A DNA stretch of 64,000 bases, from positions 48,238,001 through 48,302,000 of the forward strand of contig OZ076413.1 of the NCBI GenBank assembly GCA_964187785.1, read 5' to 3'. This stretch comes from Amphiscolops sp. MND2022. Taxonomy: Eukaryota. This document shows, one piece after another, positions 1 through 11,440 of the stretch; within the stretch, counting starts at the first letter, position 1, and each line of letters begins with the position of its first letter. The translations under genes were made by a program, and so were the position numbers. The notes under the pieces were generated by a model, which was not told where the DNA came from, did no database searches, and saw only the letters and a list, made by a program, of their open reading frames with translations.

Positions 1-1233
1 CATAAGCGTACGTGCAAACAAGCGTTGACCTTTCAAGCTACGCGCAACGTGGCTTGAAAGGCAAGCCGCCTGTCAGTCCTTATCCCATTCTCCCATTCAC
101 AGACCCTCATCCCAAACGATGCTATTTTTAGATATGATCTAATAATGACGCAATGTAGACGTCAGCACCTAGGGTCACTTTGACCTAATTGAGTTGCTAC
201 TTTTAGTAACATGATCACTGAAATTATGCTTGTCATGCACTATTTAGTATAAATAGTTGGTCCTCCTTGTCTAAAGGACACAACTTTGAATACGACGACG
301 AAAACCAGAAATCACAAATTGCTGTTCATTGATCAATCTTTGTTATTGTTCTGTTCTATTCATTTTCTCTCAGTTCAAGCTTAGTTAACCGATAAAAGCT
401 CAATACAATCTTTGCTGAGCAATAAATTCTTTAAATGCCTTCGACGAGAAAACAAAAGGCTAGGGAGAAAAGGTCAAGACAATCTGACGTGATGTCTGAC
501 TTAGAGAATGTAGATATAATGTTAGGAAATTATTCCAGAAACGAATTAGATTGTCAGCTAGGAGAAAGAGAGACTGAGTTGGACCTTGAGTCCAATGGCC
601 CTCAAACTGCAAATCCTATTAGTGAAGACTTCAGGTCACTAATTAATACAAATAGTAGGGAAAACAGTGAAATTACCATTGAGACAGCAAGACTGATAAA
701 TAATGAAATCACGTCCCAAATGACCAGGAAACTGGATGAGATTAGAAGTGATTTAAATTCCCAAATTTTGGAAGTTATCAACTCGGCAATTACTGAAAAG
801 GTACTTCCAAGCATTCAAAACGTACTAGGGGTTCAAAATCCTGAATCTGACGCAATTAAGGACTCACAGTCCGGTAGACTAAACAGGAGCCCCGAGGATC
901 GCTTTGGTCATATGGACCGCCAGTCCCAAAGACTTAACGTGGGCCTGAGAGAACGTTCAAATAGTGTGGACCACTGGTCCAATAGACTTAATAAGGGCCG
1001 GAGGGACCAATCTAGTCACACGTCCCACTGGTCCAGGGGACTAGATAGAGACCATAGAGTCTGTTTAGGTCAGACGGACCACCAGTCCCATAGACCGGGC
1101 AGCAGCTCAGGGGAACAATATGGCCCTCATGACCAACAAAACAACATGAAAATAGATAAGAAATTCAGCAGTCATAGAGGTTTGAATAGGGAGATCTCTA
1201 CGGACTCCCAGACCTCAGACCAAGATTGCGACA
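1..1233 (+). mobile_element. 5' LTR (left edge unresolved, probably upstream of the window) of a Ty3/Gypsy element
   Basis: Ends ...TGCGACA at 1233, immediately followed by the PBS TGGTGACAGGAG. TATAAATA at 248-255. Same LTR-end/PBS junction (GACA|TGGTGACAGGAG) as the fully bounded element at 31531/31530. Confidence 0.7.
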
Positions 1234-1427
1234 TGGTGACAGGAGCCAACCATACCCGCATACGGTTCCTGAGTTCCTTACCGGACGTCCCATGCAATCC
1301 CAAGAACCCCTGCAAAATCCAGAAGACACTCATGGCGAACCCCTGGACCCCACCCAACAGGTCTCAGGTGACGCACTACCGAACACCACTACCGATCCCA
1401 TCAATAGACTTGCTGACATACTGGTAG
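435..1427 (+). CDS. LTR-initiated N-terminal part of gag (MPSTRKQK...), predicted coiled coil plus 18-aa repeats; leaves the gag frame just after the PBS
   Basis: 330-aa open frame. The first ~266 codons lie before the LTR end, and it reads CD-MVTG across the PBS. Homologous fragments at ~8800-9119 and 47783-48032. Confidence 0.7.
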   Translation: MPSTRKQKAREKRSRQSDVMSDLENVDIMLGNYSRNELDCQLGERETELDLESNGPQTANPISEDFRSLINTNSRENSEITIETARLINNEITSQMTRKLDEIRSDLNSQILEVINSAITEKVLPSIQNVLGVQNPESDAIKDSQSGRLNRSPEDRFGHMDRQSQRLNVGLRERSNSVDHWSNRLNKGRRDQSSHTSHWSRGLDRDHRVCLGQTDHQSHRPGSSSGEQYGPHDQQNNMKIDKKFSSHRGLNREISTDSQTSDQDCDMVTGANHTRIRFLSSLPDVPCNPKNPCKIQKTLMANPWTPPNRSQVTHYRTPLPIPSIDLLTYW

Positions 1428-1797
1428 GTATCAACAACCGACCCACGGAACAGACCCTCACGGTACGCCCCGTCAGCTCGACTACAGTAACATTTGATGG
1501 GAAATTAGAGAAATTCGAGCTCTTCGAAGACCTTTTCCACACAATGATAAAAATGCAGCCCGAAATGACTGAAGCAATGAAAATCAACCATTTCCACTCA
1601 TTGTTACGCAAGAATGCCTTGCAAACATTCCGTAACATCAATTCAACAAACAAGCAAACATTAGAGGACATCTTAGCCATCTTCCGTAGAAAATACGTAA
1701 AACCAGAGTCCCAGGCGACCGCCAAACACAAATGGCACAGATTGGTGTTCGACCCCAACACCATGAAACTGCCAGATTTCCTTGAAGAACTCAATCA
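1226..1797 (+). pseudogene. gag: Gypsy gag capsid-like region, truncated at ~1797
   Basis: FDGKLEKFELFEDLF...KINHFHSLLRKNALQTF is alignable to RGNREKYN...KLAYFQSLLRDDAIKLW of the gag at 30836-31402. Unrelated sequence follows LEELNQ. Confidence 0.75.
1234..1245 (+). promoter_or_regulatory. Primer binding site (tRNA-Leu type)
   Basis: TGGTGACAGGAG directly after CA; identical to the first 12 nt of the PBS ending at 31530. Confidence 0.7.
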
Positions 1798-3113
1798 AAC
1801 TAAAGTGCGACAAATTATTCAAAAACGTAATCACCCAAGACAGAGTTTCTGACGGCGAATATTCTGACGACGAATTTCCGGCGATGAACTTGCTGGTAAT
1901 CAAGTAATCGTAGGGAATCATTTGATTCGTTCCATGTTGCGTTGGATCGGGGTAGCTACTTATCACAGCTGTGGACAATTTTGTTTATCCTATATGCCCG
2001 TTTTGTTTAAGCCCTTTTTTGGCAAAGGTATCATAGCAAGCATTTTTGTCTTCGACTTATGCGAAAACCTCAGTATCTTTTGCTTGCCGAGAACGGATCG
2101 TGAGTTCCATAGGTTTTCAACTTCAATCGAAGAGACTCGGCAATTTGCAGCTCCTAATTAGCTCCTTATTTACACTATTTGATGTCGACTGTGTTTCCCG
2201 GACAAGTTTTTCGCAGTTCGAGTGCAAAGTAAATTCCAGCTATTTTATTGTTGTCTCATTTGAAAATCTCTCTAGTAGAGAATAAATTGAATTTGAGAAT
2301 ATTTTGAATTCATCGCATTTTCTTCGTACTTGGTGCCTTATTTCATCAATAGTCGCTTTGAAAAAGGCTCTAAATTCAATACGTCATCTAATTCAATACC
2401 AAGTTCCTTATCGGTCAATGCTCCGCGCGAACTAATGCATTAATCAGGAACAGGTTGGCGCGAATTCGAAACACCTCCAATTTATTGAAATCACGTAATT
2501 GGCAGCTCGATGACATGCAAATTTGGCACCGTTTTAATATTTTTGCTGGAATTCAATCTAAAAGCCTGTAGAACTACATGATTGCTTTCATTCTGGATGT
2601 CTATGAACTCCCACTGAGGTTCTCATTGTCAGTTCTCTCTTCAGAATATCTCTTTTCGTGTTACACTTGAAATATATCTCAAAGCAGAGACTTTACAATT
2701 CCATGCAAAATCTGAACTTTATTCTAATAATGTAGCAACTTTCGATTTTTGATATGGTTTTACTCATTTTTCCAGTGTTTCTCTACATCGATTGATAATC
2801 TATTTTTAAAAAGATGTTGAAACCAAAAACAAAATGAATTTCTTTTGATTTTTTCAAAACGTTTCAAATAGATTTCTTTTTGGTGCTTTTTTTCGGAGTG
2901 TTGTGGGAACAGTAACCGCTTTGCGAGATTGTTTCGAACTGTATTGTTTTCAAAGCGTATCCTTTGATATTTCGGTACTTGGGAACCAGGTGGAGGCAGG
3001 AATGTGTCACTTGTGATTTATGGGGTATTGTCGTTTTCCGTCCGTATTTCATATGGAAAAGGAAAATATTTAAATCAAACGGGGTCTTTTTAGAAAACTT
3101 GCCAAGCACCGTA

Positions 3114-6100
3114 CTTATATATAACTTTAAGGGCGTTACCCATAAAATTCAACTCACATAAATTTAGCTGCGTAAGATATGTATTTGTGAAAATTTCTGG
3201 ATTTTTTTTACTTGACCCCAAGGACCTCAAAATGACCCCTAAAAGGACAAGAAACCAAAAATTTCCCGATTTTTCACGTTTTTATGCAAGTTTTGTCAAT
3301 TTTTCGATAGATATCGTGGATTAGAAAGTTGAAAACGTTCGAAAAGGCACAAACTCGGGGTCCAATAGTCTTCTATGAAAAGATAATTGCTGTTTTCCAA
3401 ATGAAAAAGATCTCAAATTGACGCCGAAAATGACAGAAATCCGAAAATTTTCCATTTTTCAAAGTTTTTATGCAATTCTTGTCAAATTTTCGATAGACTA
3501 TGTGGATTGGAGAGTTTCAATGGGTCAACAAGGAAACAATTTGTTGTCCAGTAGTCTTTTTCGAAGAGTTTATAGCAGTTTTTGAACTGAAAAATCTCTC
3601 AAATTGGCACCGAAAATGACAAAAAACCCAAAATTCCAACTTTTAAGGTCTTTATACATTTTTTTGTCAAATTTTCGACGGACACCGTGGATTGGAATGT
3701 TGGAAAGGGTCAACAAGGAAACAGTTTGTTGTCCAGTAGGCTTCCGAAGCGTTTGATGCAATTTTCGAACCGAAAAAATCTCAAATTGGCACCGAGAATT
3801 ACAAAAAACCGAACTTTTTACTATTTTCGAAGTTTTTTTTGCAATTTTGGCAAATTTTCGACAGACTCCTTGGATTAGAATGTTGAAAACATCCCTCAAG
3901 GTAAGAATTCGTTGTCAGTAGTCTTTTATGGAGATATAATTTCCGCAGTTTTGTGTACGAAAAAAGTCTCAAACTGACACCGAAAATGACAAAAATTCCA
4001 AAACTTTCCAATTTTCAAAAAATTTATGATTTTTTTCGTAAATTTTCCATCGACTTCGTGGCCAAGAATTAATTTTGTATCCTAGCTAAAGGGTTTCACC
4101 CATAGAATTTAACTGATGAAAATTAGTATCAAGTATGTATTTGTCGAGATTTTTGGACTTTTTTGGTTGACCCCAAAGACCCCAGAATGACCCAAAAATG
4201 AACCCAAAAATAGTAAAAACTGCAAAATTTTCATTTTGATGCAGTTTTTGTCAAATTATCGATAAAGTTCCTGGCTTTGAATCTTGAAAAAAATCCAAAG
4301 AGAAGAAAATTGCTATCCAAGAGGCTTTTTCAAAGAAATAAATGCAATTTTTCAATGAAAAAATGCCTCAAATTCAGGCCCAAATGACAAAAATACTCGA
4401 AAATTCAGAATTTTGAAAACTTTAGGCAATTTTTGTCTTTTTTTCGAAAAACTTGCTGGCTTAGAATGTAAAAAACGTCAAACAAGGAAAAGATTCGTTG
4501 TCCGGGAGGCTTCCTTGAAGAGATAAAAACAACTTGTGTTGAAAAAATGCATCAAATTTGGACCAGGTTGACAAAATATCTGAAAATTCAGATTTTTGAA
4601 ACTTTTATGCAAATTTTGTGTACTTTTCGAAAGACTCGGTGGCTTAGAAGGTTAAAGACGTTCAAAACGGAACAAATTAGTTGTCGTGGAGGCTTCTTTG
4701 AAGAGATAAAAGCAATTGGTGTTGAAAAAGTGCATCAAATTCTGACCGAAATTGGCAAAAACACAAAAAATTCAAATTTTGAAAAATTTATGCAGTTTTT
4801 GTTTAATTTAGGAAAACCTTGGTGGCTTCCAGTTTCAAAGACGTTCAACAATGGTTAAATTGGTTGTCAGAAAGCTTTTTTGGGAAATAAATGAAGTTTT
4901 GTAATGAAAAAAAAAAGCACATTTTGCGACCAAAAACGAAAAAATCTTCAAAATGTACCAAATTTCACGTTTTCATGCAATTTTTGTCAAATTTCTAAAG
5001 ATTTCATGGATCGGATTGTTAATTACCTTCAACCACGGATGATTTCGTTGTCCAATAGGGTTGTTTGCGGAGATAAATGCAGTTTTGTAAAAAAAAAGAA
5101 TTGCCACAAGGTCCCCAAAATAGTCAAAAATCTTCATTTTTTACATTTTTGTAATTTACAACGCAATTTTTGTAAAAGTTTCCACCTTTTAATGGGTTAG
5201 AACTCTGAAACGATTGAACAACAACTGAAAGCGTTGTCCGGTGGGCTTTTTGATGAGATAAGTGCCAGTTTCTGATAACAAATGTGCACTAATTTGACTC
5301 AAAAATTCCAGTTTATGAAGGTTCTTCATGTTATTTGAGTACACTTTTCAAGAGTTTGTTGAGTTAGTTGGTTCAAAACAATCAAAGGCGATAGAATCAA
5401 GTATGTAGTTTCCTTTCTTGATGAGAAAATTACAGTGCTTTACATCAGAATTACTTCAAATTTGTTGTTTTTCCTGCAGTTTGTGTTCAAGTTTTGAAAG
5501 TTTTTGTGACTAGGAAAATTCAAAACACTCGAAAACGAAACAGCTAGCTATGTAGTATGCTATTTTGAAGAAAGTTGCAGTATTTTGCTTCAAAAGTACT
5601 TAAAGTGACCCTGATGAGTCGGAAATAAAAATTCTAATTTCAGCGTTTCTCATGCAAAGTTCTGAACTTTTTGAGAAGTTTCCATCGTTGGAAGAAAGAA
5701 AACAACAGCGAACAATTGCGTTTTTCAGTAGGTGTTTTGAAGGTGAATTGCAGTTTCACGTTAGAAAAGAGCCTCAAAATGACCCCAAAACAGTCGAAAA
5801 AAAAACAAGTTTTGGAAGTTGTTCGACAAATTAGTGAATTTCTATTGAAAGTTAACTTCTTAATAGTCCAGAAGTCTAACCTTTTGGAGTAGGCATGCAG
5901 AAGTTTTCAAAAAGAAATCTACAATTGTGTATGCAAAAATTTCGTCAGAACGACTTGAAATTTAGTGAAAATCAATTTTGTAAACGTTTCGAGCAATTTC
6001 GTTGTTCAAGAACGACTGGACTTGTTATCCAATAAACTTTTTTAAAAAGACATCTAGAGTTTTTTATAAAAGTTCCTCAAATGACCGCAATGTTGTCGAA

Positions 6101-6150
6101 AAAGCGCAAAATTAAAGAGAAATCAATTTTTCATGTTTTGGAATACACAC
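3114..6150. repeat. Degenerate ~185-bp tandem satellite in two head-plus-array blocks
   Basis: The motif TTTTGTCAAATTTTCGA..GTGGATTAGAA..TTGTTGTCC..TCTCAAATTGACACCGAAAATGAC recurs at ~3291, 3478, 3662, 3846, 4035 and ~4245, 4431, 4613, 4797, 4981, decaying rightwards. Shared head at ~3125-3240 and ~4085-4195. Confidence 0.8.
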
Positions 6151-6667
6151 AATCTGACGAAAAACCAAACAGGTGTTTGGTGTCTTCTTGAAGTGTTCCC
6201 TTCTGAAATGGCATGACATTATTCAAAAAGTGTCAAACTTTTTTTCATCAAATCTTTATACGTTTTTATAGTGCAATGGCTACCTTGAGCCTCAAAAATA
6301 TGTCATTGCTAGAACAGTTGGCACGGAAAATATCCTGCTGGTCTGCGGGCGTCTTGTTAAATACTTGGTTTCAAGTATTTTTTAACAAGCCAGTGAACGG
6401 CAGAAGTCGGCGCCCCCTTAAGACTCAAAAACAGCAAATGTACTTCAAAGCGTCGAGGATTTCCTTTGAATATATTCTCAATATCACACTTTCGAAAAAA
6501 TCCAATGCTGGTTCTTTGGTTTTAAAAGTTTTTTGCTTTTATTCTAACCAGAAAACATTTTATGATTCAACTGTATTGCTGTAATAGACCATCTGGTATA
6601 TGAATTTTTTCTAGAGCTAGACTAAGTACGGTTGTGTTCGACAACAAGCTGTGAACGCCCAGGTTTT

Positions 6668-6910
6668 CGATCTTTGCGTATCTGTGCAGATCTGCAGGAT
6701 TTTTGCAGATCTTTGCAGATATGTGCAGATTCGAAAAAAACTGACGTACTCAGAAATACAATGAAAACCCCACAGAGATGTCAAACGAATATTAAAAGTG
6801 TTTAAAACTGGAGAGAAGTCTCATTTATGGCAAAATGATGAACCATTTTTCTGCAGCAATCTGTACAGATCTGTAGAGTTTTGCAGATCTTTACAGATCT
6901 TTACAGAGCC
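6668..6910. repeat. Clusters of short TGCAGATCT-type repeats (probable subterminal repeats of a DNA transposon remnant)
   Basis: GCAGATCT/ACAGATCT repeated at 6685-6730 and 6860-6905. Confidence 0.5.
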
Positions 6911-7290
6911 AAACAATTACTATAACGTATTCCAAGTTAATAGCAATTACTAAAAATACTCCAACAAACTATGTTGCGGAAATATTACAAAAAACAACTT
7001 TTCATCAACACATCGACCAACCCAGATGGTTGCCACATGTCAAATTTTATCGGCCAAAACGAAGTCAGTATGGCAAACGAGCCTCTTAAAGTTCAACAAT
7101 CACTTCTGGAAAGTTCGAGTGAAATGGATAAACAATTTCTTCTAACAATTTCGTTCTAACAATTTAGTGAAGTTACATAAATTGTGAACACTAGCGCTAT
7201 GTCACACCCCTCACATTATTCATGTAAAATTAATATGTGTAGCAACTCAAAAGTTTGGTGATCTATACGAGCACAGTTCTTCATTGTCCT

Positions 7291-8700
7291 TTAATTGTTT
7301 TTTTTAGTTCTGTTTAATTCTGCTTCTGGCGTGATTTCTGACATTTCCAGGTCTCCGGGCACTCCCTCAACGTCTGGCAATTCCTCCGTATGTTTGGTTT
7401 GCTTTTGTCCCTCAGCTATAGCTGAGTACCCGTACTGAGACTCCATGGCATTCCATCCATGGCCATGGATGGTCCAGGCCTGGCCACCAATGGATCCAAT
7501 TTGTAGGTGGTCATTGCAAATTCCATCGATGGCCATGGATGGTCCACCACTGGCCACCGATGGAGTTTCGAAAAATTTTTCGAACAAAAATTCGTTCGAA
7601 GTGCGAAAGTTCGAAATGTACGTTAGTAAGTGCAAAATTTGAGTTGGCTAGGGGCGCGAATAACGTCTAAAGGAATAACGTCTAGTCACTGTCATAGAGA
7701 ATTAGCCACGAATGGTCTAAAAAGGTCAGAAATGGGCGATTTTTCCTTTTTTCTAAGATTTATCGACAAATGTGCTTTTAGCTTTTTAAAACCTTTCTAG
7801 CTTCTCCAGTGTCGACAGTGTACTTTTTACCGGGCGTTTTTGAGAAAAATACCTTTTTCAAATTTCTGATTTTAGTTTTGAATTTAGTCTTGATACATGT
7901 CTTGGTTTTTTTGCTTCTACAATTATACCCATGTCTTCATGAAGCTTTCTGATTCTCTAAGTATTTGTCCCTTAGTTTCCGCTTGAGGTGATCAAAAAAC
8001 CCATTTTTCCCTTAGCTTCAAGAGTCGAAAGATCGTTTTTTACTATGTTCTTACAAAGGTAGCAGGTTTTTTTTCAAGGCACAGGATAACTCCATGTTTT
8101 TCCAAGATGCAGAGAACTTTTTACATGTTTTTACAAGATGCAGGGAAGTTTTTGTAAAATTTTTCATGCAGGATCTAGGAATTTTCTACAATTTATTAAA
8201 ATGATCCATGCATGCATTCGCATGTGAAATTTTTTCTGCAATTTTGACTAGGGCATTGCAGCGTTTTAATCTTACGTTGATTCAAAGACGATTCAAAATT
8301 TCAAAAAACGGAGCTTCTGTAAGCTGTTTTGAGCTTTCCGGACTTTTGGTTTCCAGGCCTGGCCAGGGATGGAACTGCCATGGAGTCTCAGTACGGGTAG
8401 CCATAATGATTTGTGTGCCTCTTCTCGCTGACGGCGTTTCTCTGACTGGCTAGGCTTTCTCCTCGTTTATGTCTGAGTAGTTGGATTTTTCTGCTATCTT
8501 CTTTCTCTGTCCAGAGTTTTTCATTTCCAGTTTCTGTTTTTCCAGTTGCACCTGCTTCATTTCATCTTTGGTTCAGGTTTATTACAGCTTTATCAGTCCT
8601 GCTGGTTGACTTTTTTTCAATGGCTCTTGCTATGCTGCTGTTTCGTTCTCATTAGTAAGAAACCTCGATACAAAGTGATTGCGTTCAAACTTTGTTTTCT
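7291..8700 (-). pseudogene. Degraded retroelement coding remnant (probable Gypsy integrase C-terminal tail), interrupted by a MITE
   Basis: Removing the MITE and one TA restores the frame TNHYGYSAIAEGQKQ... No catalytic motif seen. Confidence 0.35.
7429..8397. mobile_element. MITE (969 bp) with CCC termini and a 2-bp TA duplication
   Basis: Perfect 22-bp TIR CCCGTACTGAGACTCCATGGCA, extending further with one indel. TA on both flanks. Subterminal TGGCCATGGATGGTCCA repeats. Confidence 0.9.
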
Positions 8701-8799
8701 CTACTGCAGGACTACTCGCATTCCTTATTTGCTTGCGTCGCAGAGATTTCTCATCGATTGGTCTTTTCCAAAATGTTGTTCTCGCAGAATGAAACGAAT

Positions 8800-9119
8800 G
8801 AACGATAACTTCTGACATTGCTAGTCGATTGTCAAAGAAACTAGATGAAATGAAACCGGACCTTGATTCTCAGATTCTACAAACATTCGCTCTGCAATTA
8901 ACAAGAATTTCCTCTCATCTCTGCAGATGAGTCTAGGTATGTCAGAAAACGGGTTTAGCACATAAGTAAACGTTCGGTCCAAAGGGCTACACAGAAACCG
9001 CGAAGCTGGTATAAGCCATTAAAGGCAGGAAAATTGTTCCAAAATGTATTCTAATCAACCCTATCCAATACTGAAGGGAGAATTCAGTAGACACACAAAT
9101 TGCGATTTATGTTAGGACA
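8800..9119 (+). pseudogene. Remnant of the LTR-encoded ORF / LTR 3' end related to 435-1233
   Basis: Translates ITSDIASRLSKKLDEMKPDLDSQILQ...SAIN...LRENSVDTQ, versus ITSQMTRKLDEIRSDLNSQILE...SAIT...LNREISTDSQ. Ends GGACA. Confidence 0.65.
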
Positions 9120-9149
9120 GATGTTTTTCAGGTATTTTCTGTTTTGCGT

Positions 9150-11440
9150 TATTTATCTCTTGGAATGCTTCGTTCTTTTTTTTCACCCCAGTTACTGTTC
9201 AAAAGTGGCCTTAGTGGCGGGTGAGAACAACTATGCCAGATTTGAAAAAAGACCTGATTCAATTGGTTAAATGTTCTCATGAACGATCGCAGTTCTTTCA
9301 ATTTTTTTGACTTTAGTTTAGCTAAAGAATGAATCTTTCCATCTATCAGTTTCATTCCACTCGATGATAATTTGAATCCCATTCACTTTGTTTTGATTTG
9401 GTTTGGGCAGTGTGGCATTTCTTTAGCTTCAAAAGAGTTGCGGTTTCGTCCATTGTGTGTAGTACCTCTTATTGTAGCTTCAAGGTCTTCATGTGCTGTT
9501 CCTTGTCCTTTTTGTCACTACGAAGATATCGTCAATGAACGCAAATATAGTTTATTTTTGTGCATAGATTTTTCCATGATCTTTCGAAGTTTGCACGGCA
9601 TTATTGTCATTCCATAGTAGCCAGAAATAAACTCGTACGTCCCCGTTGCCCTTCCTAAGATGATCAGTGCTTTACAATATTTTGCATTTTCGGGTGTATT
9701 TCATTGGCCATATGCGTATAGCTTATCAAATGGACTTGAACATCACTATTTTTCTTTTTCTTTGCTACTTGTTCTATTAGGTTGACTAGGTTTGGCATTC
9801 GGTATTTGATTTTCTGAATGGCATTGTTCATGGATCAGGCATCTAATGCAATCTTCGCAGTTTCTTGTTTATTTACCGTTAATACTACTGGCTGTATGAA
9901 GCTTCGTCAGTGAATTATTCAGCTCTTCCACTATTCAGTATTGTTGAAACCAAATACGTTCATCACTTTGTGAATTTCGCCTTTTACTACTGCTTGAAGT
10001 TGCAATGGTATTCTCTGTCCTTTCTAATGTGTAATTTTTGCATCTATTTTGAATTCAAAATTTTTTGAATTTTCCGTAACTTTTATCATTCTGGGGAACA
10101 ATGTCTGAAGTTTTGTTTCAGCAATTTTATTATCCATGTTCTCAATAAGAGTATCCAATACAGAGTTGTCCCTTTGCTCTGCGAAGTCGCATTTTGCTGG
10201 TAACCCCGTAAGTGTGTTCCAGAACTGTTTGAGTGATTTTTTTGCTTTCCATTCAGCTATCTAATGTTTTGTTTATTTAATGCTTTATTAACGCCTGGTC
10301 GCAGTTCTCTTTTTAGTCGGCGCTTCATGAAGTGAAACGCGACTATTATAGTGACTCTTTTTTTTCTATCCACACGAACTGACCAAAATAGTTCTTGAAA
10401 GTTCTACAAAATATTATGGTGTCAAATTGCACCATTTGGCCTAGCGAACTGGACCAAAATGGTTTTACCTGTTTTTTCACGTAACATACCATACCGGGCG
10501 AGACCAAAGAGTCCCCCCTTTCAATTTTTTTCGGCACTGCGAGACATTTTTTTTTCGGATTTTTTTTTCGAAATTTTTTTCCTCAAAGGGTCCCCCCTGC
10601 ATTTTTTTTATGTTTTGCGACAGAATGGATGTTGGAAAATCCCAAAGGGTTCCTCCTTTCAGTTTTTTTGGCATTGTGAGATTTTTTCCCGAAAAAAAAA
10701 TTATTTTTTTTTCAATTTTTTCATGTTTTGCGACAGAATGGATGTTGAAAAACCTCAAAGGGTCCCCCCTTTCAGGTTTTCGGCATTGTGAGACGTTAGC
10801 GCGCCAGGGGCTCGCACTAGCGAGCCTCGGCGCGCCACTCGGTCCATTTTTTTAGTATGTAATTTTTTCAAAAAAAAGTTTTTCGAAAAATTTTCGATTT
10901 TCGACTACTGTAAAAGAATACTTGACACTTGGAAGTCTTTTTGCTCTTTTTGAGCCTTGGATATGGCGCCGACTTGGGCCGGTCCCGCTTGTTTTCTGGT
11001 ACTGACACTATTGGCATATGCGGAAAATTGTCCGTGAAGTTTTTCCTATAGGGTGTGCCCAGAAATAAAAGTATGCCTACAAGTGTTCTATCAGCCGCCT
11101 GTTTTTTCAAGTTGTGCAAGAGTGCTGCAATTCGGTCTTTGCTCAGTTACGTCTCGTATAGTTTCACTTCTTGGAAGTAACTGTTTTTCATTGGCAGTAA
11201 TCATAAGGTGGTCCCACCGTTCTTCCATTTTCTGTTCGGGGACAGTATCTGCAGAATCCCAAAAATTGTTGCCATCTTGATACTGCTAACGAGTCATTTG
11301 ATTTCGTCACCGCCGTGCAAAAGAGTTGACAAATTTCGCAGCGCCATGTTGAAGCTGACGATAAACTCAATTGAAAACAATTCCAGTGTTTACATGATTC
11401 AACTGTTTTGCTGTAATACGCCATGCGGTAAATGACTTCT
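9150..11440 (-). pseudogene. pol: Heavily degraded Ty3/Gypsy gag-pol remnant, interrupted by a Helentron-like insertion
   Basis: RT motifs GRATGTYEFISGYYGMTIMP and IFAFIDDIFVVTK at ~9510-9655; many stops and frameshifts. Confidence 0.65.
10315..10993 (+). mobile_element. Helentron/DINE-1-like non-autonomous element (HINE), copy 1
   Basis: AGTCGGCGC plus a partial inverted repeat at one end; subterminal GCGCCGACT plus the short hairpin GGGCCGGTCCC and CTTGTT at the other. T-rich flanks, no TSD. Internal AAAGGGTCCCCC/CAGAATGGATGTTG repeats. Confidence 0.8.

Noticed and set aside
1800..2410. LINE ORF1-like remnant on the minus strand
   Set aside because: Coding-like but riddled with stops and lacking any motif I can identify.
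3570..5892. ORFs in the satellite
   Set aside because: Low-complexity translations of tandem repeats.
10346..10855. K/F-rich ORFs here and at 54392-54846, 43441-43683 and 58975-59317
   Set aside because: Translation artefacts of HINE internal repeats.
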